Notes: generated by a model not told the origin, from the sequence alone. A stretch of DNA of 64,000 nt from an uncultured Alphaproteobacteria bacterium (GCA_963705035.1 CAVPIQ010000002.1:386662-450661), one strand, 5' to 3'; shown: positions 1 to 12,662, counted from the stretch's first letter. Program-made: numbers and translations.

Positions 1-527
1 AGCACCGCGGCGCGGCGGCCGCATTGACCTCGATCAAAAAGGGCGGGGCAGGCTCGCTCAGCAAGGCACGGGCGCCCGAACGGGCTACTGCAACTGCCGG
101 CACGTGACCGACGGCTCTACGATTCTGCGTTGGGCCGTTGCAATTGCACGCCTGCCGAGCACCTGCGTCGGGCGCTGGTCCACTTGCTGCAGATTGCCGG
201 CGCGTCAGTAGTCGAGGCGGTTGCGTATTGGGCAAGCACGATGCGACCTGACGAGCCTTTAGCGCCTTAGACTAGAGTCATCTTTGTTCGTCGTTGCCGG
301 ACAGTGCGTCAGATATAGCATGGGTGTTCGTTTTCGTTCGAACTCGCAATTCTTGCACTCAGTGCCGCATCGAGCTGTCGAGAGATGCATCGCGAAGACG
401 CGCAAGCTGCGCCACGCGCCCACGACTGCCACCGCACGCGGATCTGCATGATGCGACAGTTTACTGATGAGCGCAGATGCATGACCCGCCGCGCATTGGT
501 CACTGGGGCGAGGCGCGGCGGCGGTCG

Positions 528-1390
528 TCAGTCGGTGAACACCACCGTCTTGCTGCCGTTCAGGATCACCCGGTCCTCCAGGTGATGCCGCACCGCGCGG
601 GCCAGCACGCGGCGCTCGATGTCGCGGCCCTTGCGGACCAGATCCTCCGGGCTGTCGCGGTGGCTGATGCGCTCGACGTCCTGCTCGATGATCGGGCCCT
701 CGTCGAGATCGGCGGTGACGTAGTGCGCGGTGGCGCCGATCAGCTTCACGCCGCGGGCATGCGCCTGATGATAGGGGCTGCGCGCCCTTGAAGCCGGGCA
801 GGAAGGAGTGGTGGATGTTGATGCACCGGCCTGCGAGTTTCGCCACCAGCCCGTCCGACAGCACCTGCATGTAGCGCGCGAGCACGACCAGATCGGTCGC
901 GGGAGGTGCGCACCACCTCCCAGATCTGGCCCTCCTGCTCCAGCTTGGTCTCGCGCGTGACCGGCAGATAGTGAAAGTCGATGCCGGCGAGATCGAGATG
1001 CGCGAACGCCTCGCGCGGATGGTTGGCGACGATGCCGGCCACGTCCATCGCGATCTCGCCGATGCGCCAGCGATAGAGAAGATCGGCGAGGCAGTGGTCG
1101 AACTTCGACACGAACAGCATCACGCGCCGCCGCTCGGCCCGCGCGCGCATGTGCCACGTCATCCCGAACCGCTCGGCGATGGTGCCGAAGTTGTCGCGCA
1201 GCGCGTCGAGCGCCACGCCCTCGCCGACCGCGTTGAACACCACGCGCATGAAGAAGCGGTTCGACTCGGTGTCGTCGAACTGCTGCGCGTCGAGGATGTT
1301 GCAGCCGCCCTCGAACAGATAGGTCGAGACGGCCGAGACGATGCCCGGCCGGTTGCGGCAGGAGAGCGTGAGGATCAGGGGCTCGGACAT
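528..1390 (-). pseudogene. purU: formyltetrahydrofolate deformylase (PurU), frame-disrupted as sequenced
   Basis: One protein is spread over three frames. The N-terminal ACT-like part [40 protein letters not shown] is in ORF 746..1390. The middle [34 protein letters not shown] is in ORF 259..885. The C-terminus [39 protein letters not shown] is in ORF 528..1157. That requires two frame changes, near 890 and 780. Confidence 0.8.
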
Positions 1391-1421
1391 GGGGCTGGAG
1401 CAGCGATGGCCGGCATGGACC

Positions 1422-1533
1422 GCGCCCTCACCCCGGCCCTCTCCCGCAAGCGGGAGAGGAAGAAGGAACGCTAGAGGAGAGATCGTGCATCGCCCCCTCT
1501 CCCGCTTGCGGGAGAGGGCCGGGGTGAGGGCGC
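1422..1533. repeat. REP-like nested-palindrome intergenic element (possible terminator between valS and purU)
   Basis: The 38-nt arm GCGCCCTCACCCCGGCCCTCTCCCGCAAGCGGGAGAGG (1422..1459) is repeated as a perfect reverse complement at 1496..1533. Each arm also contains its own palindrome, CTCTCCCGCAAGCGGGAGAG. The spacer is about 36 nt. Confidence 0.8.
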
Positions 1534-1550
1534 CGCAGCGCGCGCATGCC

Positions 1551-4226
<2,676 letters not shown>

Positions 4227-4245
4227 CGTGTGGCAGACGTGCGCG

Positions 4246-4885
4246 TCAGGAGAGCGCGCGGCCGACCACGCGCTCGATCTCCGCGCGCACCAGGCGCTCG
4301 ACCAGCGACGGCAGGTTCGCGTCCAGCCAGACCTTCAGCACCGGCCGGATCTCCTCGCGCACCAGATCCTCGATGGTCGGGCCGCCGCGCGTCACCGCCA
4401 CCTGCTGACGCTCGGAGGCGAGCGTGCGCAACAGCGAACCGACGGAGGAGGCCGCGGCAGCGGCCGCTTCCGGGGCGAGCAGCGCCTCGGGCCGCTCGGC
4501 CGGCGCCGCGTCGAAGGGGTCGGGACCGGGCGGCGGCATCGGGGGCTCCTTGGCGGCGGGCGGCGGTGTGGCGACGCGCGTCGGCTCGGCCCGCGTCGGC
4601 TCGGCCCGCGTCGGCTCGGGGCGTGGCGATGGCGGGGGCGCAGGCGGCGGCGGGAGGGTTTCCTCGACCAGCATGGAAGTGTCGAGCGACAGCACGTCGG
4701 GCTCGCCTTCCGGCATGCGCCAGCGGGTCCGTGCCCGGGTCGTGCGCCGGCGCCGGTGCCGCCTCCTCGTCCTCGCTGAGGATCCGGCGGATCGAGGCCA
4801 GGATCTCCTCCATCGAGGGATCGGCCCCGCCGCCGGGCGCGCCCGGGGCGTTCGGAGAACCGGGAGACGCGGGCGCGGCGGTCAC
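4246..4885 (-). pseudogene. popZ: PopZ-like DUF2497 protein, one frame change
   Basis: The N-terminal helix MEEILASIRRILSEDEE is in ORF 4220..4885. The C-terminal EDLVREEIRPVLKVWLDANLPSLVERLVRAEIERVV is in ORF 4246..4716. A Pro-rich linker lies between them and the frame switches near 4716-4740. The gene is adjacent to valS. The exact start (GTG 4885 or ATG 4813) is uncertain. Confidence 0.7.
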
Positions 4886-4897
4886 GACGCCGCCCGC

Positions 4898-6296
4898 TCA
4901 GCGGCCGGGCTGGTTGGTCGCGTAGTCGCCGGTGCCGATCCAGAGGTCACGCACGGCATTGTAGTATGCCTTGTCATCATAGAGCGGAACGTTCAGCCCG
5001 AGGTCGCGCGCGGTGAGCCGCCCCACGCCCTGCGCCACCTGATAGGACGCATTCACCAGGGCCGCCAGCGACTGCACGAGCGCGGTCTGCGCGTTCAGCA
5101 GCTGCTGGATGCCGATCAGCACGTCGAGCGTGGTGCGGGTGCCGACCAGCGCCTCGCGCTCCAGCCCCTCGACCGCGATCTCGTTGGCGCGCACGGCGGA
5201 GCGGTTGCTGGCGATCGAGGCGCGCGCGGCGACGAGCTGCTCCCACGCCGAGGTCGCCTGCTGCACCGCCGTGCGCCGCTGGTCCTCGAGCTGCTTGCGC
5301 GCCGCGATCTCCTGCTGGCGCGCCTGACGGATGCCGGAATACTCCGACCCGCCCTGGTAGATCGGGATCGAGAGGTTGCCGAGGATCTGGCCGCCGGACT
5401 CGAACAGTCCGGGGAACACCTGGTTCTCGCTGCGGAAGGCCGAGAACTGCACGTTGATGTTCGGCATCAGCGCGGAATAGGCGACATCGAAGGCGTCGCG
5501 CGCCGCGGCGTCGTTGAACAGCGCCGAGACGACGTTGGGGTTGTTGCGCGCGGCCAGCACCTTCGCGGCATCCAGCGTCTTGACCGGCAGTTGCAGCGGC
5601 TGCGGCGGCGGAGAGGTTGCGCGCCGGCTGCCCCACGAACTGCTCATAGGTCGCGCGCGCCGCCTGCAGGTTGCCCTCGGCGGTCTCGCGCTGGGCGGTC
5701 GCGCTGGCGAGCGCCGCCTCGGCCTGGGCGACGTCGGTGCGGGTCAGCTCGCCCACCCGGAAGCGGTCGTTGGTGGACTGGAGCTGCTTGGTGAGGATCT
5801 GCTCGTTGTTGATGTCGATCTGCAGGATCTGCTCGTCCTGCACCACGTTCACATAGGCCTGCACGGTGTCGAACAGGACCGTCTCCTCGGTGGCGAGGAG
5901 CTGGGCGCGGGTGGCGAACACCTGGTTCTTGGCCCGGTGCAGCGTCGCGGAGACCTTGCCGCCGGTATAGATCGGCTGGGTCACGGTGCCCTGCAGGGCG
6001 TAGATGTTGCGCACCAGGCTGCTGTACGTCGGCGGCACCCCGGGCGATTGCTGCTCACTCTGGCCGAAAGGGCCGCGGCCGGCGTTGACGGTGCCGACGA
6101 TCTGCGGCCGCCAGCCGGCCAGCGCCGCCGGCACGCCTTCGTCCGTGGCGCGCAGCTGGGCGCGCGAGGTCTGCAGCGTGGGGTTGGTCGCATAGGCCGT
6201 GGCGAGCGCCTCGGGCAGCGTGCGCGGCTGCGCGTGGGCGGCCCCGGCCGCAAGCAGGCCGGCCACGAGACTGGCTATGGCGGCGCGTGACATCAT
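4898..6296 (-). pseudogene. tolC: TolC-family outer membrane efflux protein, one frame change
   Basis: The N-terminal half, with signal peptide MMSRAAIASLVAGLLAAGAAHAQ and LPEALATAYATNPTLQ...RFRVGELTRTDVAQAEAAL, is in ORF 4977..6494. The C-terminal half, NNPNVVSALFNDAAARDAFDVAYSALMPNINVQ...VGTRTTLDVLIGIQQLLNAQTALV, is in ORF 4898..5647. The switch is near 5630. Confidence 0.8.
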
Positions 6297-6348
6297 GGGC
6301 GTGATCCCCTTTGCGCCACCCTCTGCCATGGCGGCGCGTCCCAGGCCA

Positions 6349-7014
6349 TCAGAACACGAAGCCCCGCCCCTGGCGCAAGGGCGGCAGCAACGGCGCGGCG
6401 CAGTCGAAGGCGGGCTGGACGCTGAGGCCGCCGACGCTCGGCTCGGCCAGCACCGCCCGTCCCATATGCTCGCCCGTCGCGAGCACGCCGACAAGGCGGC
6501 CGCCGGGCACCCGCACCTGGGCCGCCAGCGCCGCCGGCACCGCCTCGGCGGCCCCTTCGATCAGCACGAGGTCGAACGGCGCGCCGGCCTGCCAGCCCTC
6601 GCGCAGCGGCCCGCTCACCAGCGTCACACCCGCCACCCCGGCGAGCGCGCCGCGGGCGAAGGTCAGCAGCGCCTCGTCCTCGTCGAGCGCGGTCACCGCC
6701 GGCCCGCAGGCGGCGAGCAGTGCCGTGCCGTAGCCGGTCGCGCAGCCGACCACCAGCGCCCGCTCGCCCGCGCGCGGCGCGCCGAGCTGGATCAGGCGGG
6801 CGATCGACATCGGCGCGAGCAGCATCCGCCCGCCGCCGAGCGGCACGTCCTCGTCGGCATAGGCGCGGGCGATCGCCTGCGGCGGCACGAAGCGCTCGCG
6901 CGGCAGGCGCCGCATCGCCTCCAGCAGGCGGCGGTCGTTCACGCGGTTGGGCCGGACCTGCCCGTCCACCATCAGGTTGCGGGCATCGGCATAGCGATCC
7001 GTCGAAACGTCCAT
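6349..7014 (-). CDS. pcm: protein-L-isoaspartate O-methyltransferase
   Basis: 221 aa from ATG 7014: MDVSTDRYADARNLMVDGQVRPNRVNDRRLLEAMRRLPRERFVP, with the SAM-binding motif ERALVVGCATGYGTALLA. The upstream codons of ORF 6349..8463 belong to a different gene. Confidence 0.85.
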   Translation of the reverse strand: MDVSTDRYADARNLMVDGQVRPNRVNDRRLLEAMRRLPRERFVPPQAIARAYADEDVPLGGGRMLLAPMSIARLIQLGAPRAGERALVVGCATGYGTALLAACGPAVTALDEDEALLTFARGALAGVAGVTLVSGPLREGWQAGAPFDLVLIEGAAEAVPAALAAQVRVPGGRLVGVLATGEHMGRAVLAEPSVGGLSVQPAFDCAAPLLPPLRQGRGFVF

Positions 7015-7102
7015 GCGGGCTCGTTCGGCTGCGGGCACGGCTGTTATAGAGAGGCGCCGGCCGCGCCGCAAAGCCGGCCCCGAAATCGCTCCCGCGTCCG
7101 CC

Positions 7103-9352
7103 TCAGCCGCGGCGGTAGCGCCCGCCGCCGCCCCAATCGCGCTGGCGCTGCCAGCCGCCCTCGCGCGCGCCGCGGTCCTGCTCGAGCTGCTGGTAGGAAG
7201 ACGCCCCACCACCCTGCCGCGCCGGCGGCTGCACCGCGTTCCAGCCGCCGTTGCTCCATTTCGACCAGCCGCTGTGAACTGTGCTGGTAAACGTTGCCGT
7301 CCTTGCCGGCATAGACGTTGCCCTGGGCGCCCTTCACCACGCCCGCGTTGTTGCCGTTCGTGCCGTGCACCGCCGCGCCCTCGGCGCCGGTGGTGCTGGA
7401 AAACCCGCCCACGGTGCCGCGCGCGTTGCCCTCGCTCGCGGTGTGCACGGTCTGGGTCGGGGTCGCTCACCACGCTCGATCCCCAGTGGCCGTAGGCGTT
7501 GGCGTTCTGGTTCGTGCTGCCGGAGACGCCGTAGCGCGGATTGGCGAAACTGGCGTTTGCGGTGCCGCCATTCGGCCCCCAGGCGGCGCTGCCATGGGCG
7601 TAGGTGCCCGTGGCCGGGTTGTAGGCCGACCAGGCGCCGGCGCCGCCATACGGGCCATAGACCTCGCCGCCGCGGGCGTAGGCGCCGGTGGCGGGGTTGT
7701 AGGCCGCGCCGGCCGCGGCCCCGCCGTACGGGCCATAGACGGCCCCGCCCCGCGCCCACGCGCCGGTCGCGGAGTTGTAGTAGACATTGCCGGCGTAGGA
7801 ATACGGGTAGGGGAAATACGCGGGCACCGGCCCCGGCACCACCACCGGCGGGTAGTAATACCCGGTGCCATAGACGACCACACCCGCGCTGACGAACCCC
7901 ATCATGTAGCCGGCGGTGTAGCCATAGGTGACGGCGGCCGGCGTCGCTGCGTAGACCTTCACATAGGTCACGTTATACAGCGGGCTGGACGGCGGAATGG
8001 TGTAGATCACCTCCGGCACCGCGGCCGCCAGCACCCACGGCCCGGTCGGCGAAGGGGCGACGAACCAGACGCCCTGATAGCAGGCGTAATACTTGCCCTC
8101 GACCGCGATCACCGCCTCGTTGGTGTTCACCGCATACGCCATCGGGGTGCCGGGAATCGGCTGGAACTGCGGCGGCCCGGCATAGTGCACGGCGAGCTTC
8201 GCCTCGCTGCGCTTCAACGTCGCCTGTTGCGGGATCTCCGCCGCGATCAGCGCCTCCTGCGCCTGCGGCGTGCCGGGCACCGAGACCAGCACGCGCGCGG
8301 CCGGGTCGCCGGGCGGGATGCGGGCGAAGTCGGCGGGCAGCTCGGGCGTCGCGAAATGCCACGGCCCCTCCAGTCCCGGTGCCGCGAACCAGCGGCCGGA
8401 GACGAGGTAGTAGAACCGGCCCTTGGCGGTATCCAGGAACAGGTCGGAACGCGTGTTGCGCACCGCCTGCAGCGCGGTGCCGGCGATTGCGCCGAAGGCG
8501 GGCGGGCCGTCGGTGACGATGATCTCCGCGGGCTTGGTGCTGACGAAGATCGTCGGTGCCGCGGCCGGCGCGGCGGCGTGCGGCGGCAGGGCCTTGCGCG
8601 CGGCATCGAAGTTGGCGCCCGGCGGCAGCTTCTCGAACGCGGCCGGCAGGTCCGTGGTACGGCGCGTAGGGGCCGGCGACGACCGGCGCGCCGAACCAGC
8701 CGGTGCTGTCGAGCAGATACCAGGTGCCGCGCATCGGATCGAAGAACACGTCCCAGTTCGTGTTCACCGCGTATTCCAGGCCGCTCTGGCCGGCCGGCGC
8801 CAGCACCGGCGCGCCGTCGAAGACGACGAGGCGCGCCGGGCGCTGACTGTAGAAGATCACCGGCGGCGCATTGTCGGTCGCGACCGGCGCCGGCTTCACC
8901 GCCTCCTGCGCGAGGCTCATCAGCACCGTGTCGAGCGGGATGCGCTTGGGCGGCATCGCCGCCAGGGCGGCCCTGATGCGGGTGTCGAAGTGCTCCGCCG
9001 CCTGCGTCGAAAGCGTGGGGAAATGCGAGGCGGTCAGCTTCAGGTCGGTGAGCGTGACGAGGCGCGTTCCGAGATCGGTCGTCGTCGAGCCGGAAATCTC
9101 GATCGTCCCCAGCACCGGCTGCCCGGCGCCCTCCGGCGTGACCGCGAGGGCGACGCGGGCGTTGAGCTTGGTGCGCCAGGGCCAGGAGATGACCTGCGGC
9201 TGATAGATGACGACGGTCGCGTGATCGACGCGCTGCGTGTGCGGCCAGCCGGACGCGGGGGCGGCGGCGGCCTGGGCGCGTGCGCCGCCCGGCAGCGCCG
9301 CCGCCACGAGCAGCGCCAAGCCAAGAGCCTCGCGACGTGTCGGCATCGTCAT
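7103..9352 (-). pseudogene. large secreted Gly/Tyr/Pro-rich repeat protein of unknown function, about three frame changes
   Basis: The signal peptide MTMPTRREALGLALLVAAALPGGARAQA is in ORF 7973..9352. The middle part, FLDTAKGRFYYLVSGRWFAAPGLEGPWHF...GKYYACYQGVWFVAPSPTGPW, and the repeats YNPATGAYARGGEVYGPYGG are in ORF 6349..8463. The tail, GNVYAGKDGNVYQHSS then GWSKWSNGGWNAV...GGGGRYRRG, is in ORFs 7044..7448 and 7103..7312. Confidence 0.6.
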
Positions 9353-9514
9353 CCCTCCCCGCGCCGCGACATCAGCACGCCGGCGCAGCGCGGCGAAGGG
9401 GTTTCACGGCGCGGCCGACGCGGGCGGCTCCGGCGCGACAGGCCGCCGGCGCGCCCGCCCCCGTTGCCGCGAGGCGGCGGCACAGGGTTTCTGAAATGAC
9501 GCCGTTATCTCTCC

Positions 9515-9607
9515 GTCATGCCCGGGCTTGTCCCGGGCATCCACGCCGGCACGCCAGCGATGATGTGGTGCAACGGCGTGGATGGCCGGGACAAGCCCGG
9601 CCATGAC
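9515..9607. repeat. REP-like nested-palindrome element
   Basis: GTCATGCCCGGGCTTGTCCCGGGCATCCACGCC (9515..9547) faces GGCGTGGATGGCCGGGACAAGCCCGGCCATGAC (9575..9607). Each arm contains an internal hairpin (GCCCGGGCTTGTCCCGGGC). The element is intergenic, downstream of doxX. Confidence 0.75.
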
Positions 9608-9632
9608 CGGTGAGGGACAGGCATTCCCCCAT

Positions 9633-10069
9633 TCACGCCCGCGCCGGCCGGAACCGCCACGCCAGCAGCGCGTCCAGCGAAAAGGCGCCGGCGCCGCGGC
9701 AGAGCAGCACCAGCAGCATCGCTGCCCACTGAATGTGGGTCGGCCACGCCTCGCGGATAGACGAACACCTCGATCACCGTCGTCATGCCGAGCAGCACCG
9801 CCGCCACCGGGCGCGTGAGCAGGCCGAGCACCAGCAGCGGCGGCGTGGAAAGCTCGATCGTCGCCGCAGATATACGCGCCGACCACCGGCGGCAGTAGCG
9901 GCAGCCGGTACTCGTCGGTGAACAGGGCGACGGTGGCGCTCCAGTCGGCGAGCTTGGCCATGCCGGAGTTCCAGAAGATCACCGCCACCGCCACACGCAG
10001 CGGCAGCGCGAGCAGCGCATAGGGCACCGCGTCGAGCACGGCCACGATGCCGGCGATCAGGCGTCGCAT
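9633..10069 (-). pseudogene. DoxX-family membrane protein (last gene of the bufferin-type operon), about two frame changes
   Basis: MRRLIAGIVAVLDAVPYALLALPLRVAVAVIFWNSGMAKLADWSATVALFTDEYRLPLLPPVVGAYI is in ORF 9404..10480. LGLLTRPVAAVLLGMTTVIEVFVYP is in ORF 9505..9831. The tail WPTHIQWAAMLLVLLCRGAGAFSLDALLAWRF, ending at TGA 9633, is in a third frame. Confidence 0.65.
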
Positions 10070-10848
10070 GGCGTCCCCTCCCGGCATACCGCGGCGGCAG
10101 CGAGTTGGCCGCGGGCGAATCTGTGCCGCGAGCATCGAGGCGGCGTCCAGGCGTGCCGGCGCCCGGGCCAGCACCTCGCCCAGCGGCGCGCCCGCGAACA
10201 GGGGCCGCAGGAAGCGCCAAGCCGAGGCGGCGCCATGCGCTCGGCGACGATTTCGCCCGCCGCGCGATGCACGAGCAGGTGCACGGGGCCGCTGCCAAGG
10301 TCGATCGCCGCCATCGCCGCCTCGTCGCCGGCCCGCACCGCATCCGTGATCGCATCCGCCGGATAGCGCAGGCGCAGCAGCGTGACCGATGGGTGCGAGG
10401 TGAAGCATAGCCGCGGATGTTGCTCGGCGCGGCACCGACGCGAGCGAGGCGGCATCGAGCGCGGGCACGTCGGCGCGCATTCGCCGCCCGCGCCAGCGCC
10501 CACTCGAACCGCGCGACGTCGGCGAGATACGCGACCGCGCGCGCAGCGTGCATCCGCGCCGAGAAAATTGCCGAACGCGTCGCCCCAGCCGCCGAGCCAG
10601 GCCTCGCGCGGCGGATGCGCATGCCAGAACTTCGCTGCCGCCAGCCGCGAAGAATTCCTCGCCGACGATCGCTTCCGTCGCCGGGAAGCCAATGCGCAGC
10701 GCCTCGACCGCGACCGTGCGCGCGGTGTTGCGATAGACGTCGAGCCGCGCGAGATCGGGCAGCGATCAGCGCCGCGAGCCGCGGGCTCGCGCTCCCGCCG
10801 CGCAGCGCGTCGGCGAAGTCGTGCTTGCAGGTCACGCAGCGCGAGCAT
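10057..10848 (-). pseudogene. DUF2063-family protein (BufC-like MNIO partner), multiple frame changes
   Basis: It starts at MLALRDLQ, overlapping the DUF692 gene's stop. Recognisable fragments lie in different frames: FADALRGGSASPRLAALIA, AAKFWHAHPPREAWLGGWGDAFGNFLG, and LLRLRYPADAITDAVRAGDEAAMAAIDLGSGPVHLLVHRAAGEIV. It sits between the DUF692 and DoxX genes, as in gig/buf operons. The 3' end is approximate. Confidence 0.55.
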
Positions 10849-11695
10849 GCCCCGCCTCCTCGATCAGCACCTGCGCCCGCGCCGCCTCGGCGGCGAGCAC
10901 GCCGAGCGGCGGGATGCGCGTGTCCCACTCCACCAGCACCGGCACCGGCCCGAACCGCGCGAGCGCGGTCGGCGAGCAGCCCCCACACTTCCGCCGAGAC
11001 CGCGCGAGCCGTGATCGTCGATGCGCAGCGTGCGGCCGTCGCCGAGCGGGCGCACCGCATGGCCGGCGACATGGATTTCGCCCACCGCACCGGCCGGCAG
11101 CGCGCGCAGATAGGCATGCGGGTCGAAGCCGTGGTTGTGCGCCTAGACCGCGATGTTGTTCACGTCGCACAGCATGCCGCATCCGGTGCGCGCGGCCACC
11201 GCCGCCATGAACTCCCATTCCGGAATCGTCGCGTGCGCGAACTGCAGGTAGCTCGACGGGTTCTCCACCAGGACCTGCGCGGCCGAGGGCGCTCTGCATC
11301 GTCTCGACATTGCGGCAGACGACGTCCAGCGCCTCCTCGGTCATCGGCAGCGGCAGCAGGTCGGCGAGGTAGGTGCCGCCGGCGACGCTCCAGGCGACGT
11401 GCTCGGAGATCAGGCCGGGCTCGATGCGCGCGGCCAGCGCGGCGAGGCGCGCGAGGTGGCCGGCATCGAGCCCCTCCGCGCTGCCGAGCGAGAGGCCGAC
11501 GCCGTGCAGCGTTACCGGCCAGTCGCGCCGCACGGCCTCGAGCGCGGCGACCGCGGCCCCGCCGCCAAAGTAGTTCTCCGGATGCACCTCCATCCAGCCG
11601 ACCGCCGGGCGCTGCTCGAGCACCGCGTGGTGGTGGGGAAAGCGCAGGCCGATCCCCGCGGCAGCGGGAACCGGGCCGGGCGGGACCGCGGCCAT
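10832..11695 (-). pseudogene. DUF692 / MNIO (multinuclear non-heme iron oxidase, MbnB/BufB-like) enzyme, frame changes plus an in-frame TAG
   Basis: AAGIGLRFPHHHAVLEQRPAVGWMEVHPENYFGGG...LHGVGLSLGSAEGLDAGHLARLAALAARIEPGLISEHVAWS is in ORF 10832..11695. It continues in other frames as [41 protein letters not shown], with a TAG at about 11143..11145 where family members have a sense codon. The tail [28 protein letters not shown] follows. Confidence 0.7.
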
Positions 11696-11705
11696 CGCGC
11701 CGGCC

Positions 11706-11961
11706 TCAGGTCGCCGTCAGCTTGCCGCCGGCGATCTTCCCGCACGCGCCCTTCGGCAGATAGCACGAAGCTCTTGGGGTCGCGGGCCATCGTCGACTGC
11801 CCGGCGCAGGAATGCGCGCCGGCGGCGCAGTCGTTCATCGCCTTGGCGGCGATGCCGAAGCACTTCTCGCTGCCGGCCGGTGCGGCGGCATTGGCGACGA
11901 AGGGGGTGGCCGCGAGCCCGATGGCGGCGACGAGGGTGGCGGTGGCGAGGCTTCGGGTCAT
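11706..11961 (-). pseudogene. DUF2282 bufferin-type RiPP precursor (BufA-like), one frame change before the last Cys
   Basis: MTRSLATATLVAAIGLAATPFVANAAAPAGSEKCFGIAAKAMNDCAAGAHSCAGQSTMARDPKSFV, then a one-base shift is needed to read (Y)LPKGACGKIAGGKLTAT*. This gives a signal peptide plus a four-Cys core of the form EKC..NDC..HSC..GxC, directly upstream of the DUF692 gene. Confidence 0.7.
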
Positions 11962-12013
11962 GAAATGACGCTCCCTATGCAGCCGGCCCGGGAGCGGGCC
12001 GGTGCGAGAGGAA

Positions 12014-12039
12014 TTCGCCCCTCGCCCGCGGAAGGTTAC
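12014..12039 (-). promoter_or_regulatory. candidate SigF-type ECF promoter driving the bufferin operon
   Basis: The minus strand reads GTAACC (12039..12034), then exactly 16 nt, then CGAA (12017..12014), about 50 nt upstream of the bufA ATG. This matches the GTAACC-N16-CGAA motif I recall for Caulobacter sigma-F dependent promoters. That recollection is not verified here. Confidence 0.5.
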
Positions 12040-12100
12040 GCGGCCCCGTAACGCCATCGCCAGTCGCGTGTCCGCACCGCCGAAGGCAAAGGAGAACCGC

Positions 12101-12662
12101 ATGCCGCAGGAGGAAGCCCGGCCCGACACGTGGTCGGCGCTGATGGCATCGGCGCAGGGCGGCGACCGCGCGGCGTACCGGCGTCTGCTGAGCGAAATCG
12201 TTCCCTATTTGCGGGCGGTGGCGCGGCACGCGCTGCGCGATGCGGTGGAGGCGGAGGATGCGGTCCAGGACACGCTGCTGACCCTGCACGCGATGCGCCA
12301 TGCCTACGACGCACGCCGCCCGTTCAAGCCCTGGCTGCTCGGCATCGCGCGCCACCGCATCCCCGACCGGCGCCGCGCCGGCCGGCGGCGGGCGGCGCGC
12401 GAGGTGGTGTTTGACGAGAGTTACGAAACCATTGCAGCCCCGCCGACGAATGAGACGGTGCTGCTGGACGGCGGCGCGGCGCTGGCAGGCGCGCTGAACC
12501 AGTTGCCGCCGGGCCAGCGGACGGCCCTGGAGCTGTTGAAGTTGAAGGAAATGTCGCTGAAGGAAGCGGCGGCGGTGAGCGGGATGACGGTGGCGGCGCT
12601 AAAGGTGGCGACGCATCGCGGCCTGTGCCCGGCTGCGCGCGCTGCTGGGCGACGCGCCATGA
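12101..12662 (+). pseudogene. ECF sigma factor (SigF-like), one frame change near the 3' end
   Basis: The RBS AAGGAG lies about 8 nt before ATG 12101. Region 2 reads DAVQDTLLTLHAMRHAYDARRPFKPWLLGIARHRI and region 4 reads LPPGQRTALELLKLKEMSLKEAAAVSGMTVAALKVATHRG. The expected end ARLRALLGDAP* is in another frame, with ATGA overlapping the next gene. Confidence 0.75.

Noticed and set aside
1-520. Possible gene fragments or small ORFs at the left edge (for example 309..503 minus, 385..585 plus)
   Set aside because: The translations have no recognisable motifs and are implausibly Arg/Cys-rich. I left this region as unassigned sequence downstream of purU.
6349-8463. 704-aa ORF that looks like a fusion of a secreted repeat protein with Pcm
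   Set aside because: pcm has its own ATG at 7014 and a complete 221-aa product. The homologous reading of the upstream gene leaves this frame near 7450 and ends at 7103 in another frame. The fusion is an artefact of missing stop codons.
11143-11145. In-frame TAG in the DUF692 gene (and TAGs near 32211 and 40111) as a possible stop-codon reassignment or pyrrolysine site
   Set aside because: - valS and other intact genes terminate with TAG.
- No pyl genes are present.
- The TAG near 40111 is actually out of frame with the downstream homologous segment.
- The positions correspond to different residues in homologues.
These are best explained as a nonsense substitution or by the frame lesions.
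12048-12073. A second SigF-type promoter (GTAACG) on the plus strand for autoregulation of the sigma factor gene
   Set aside because: The -35-like hexamer is imperfect. The sequence 16-17 nt downstream is GTCC/TCCG rather than CGAA. This is not enough to call.
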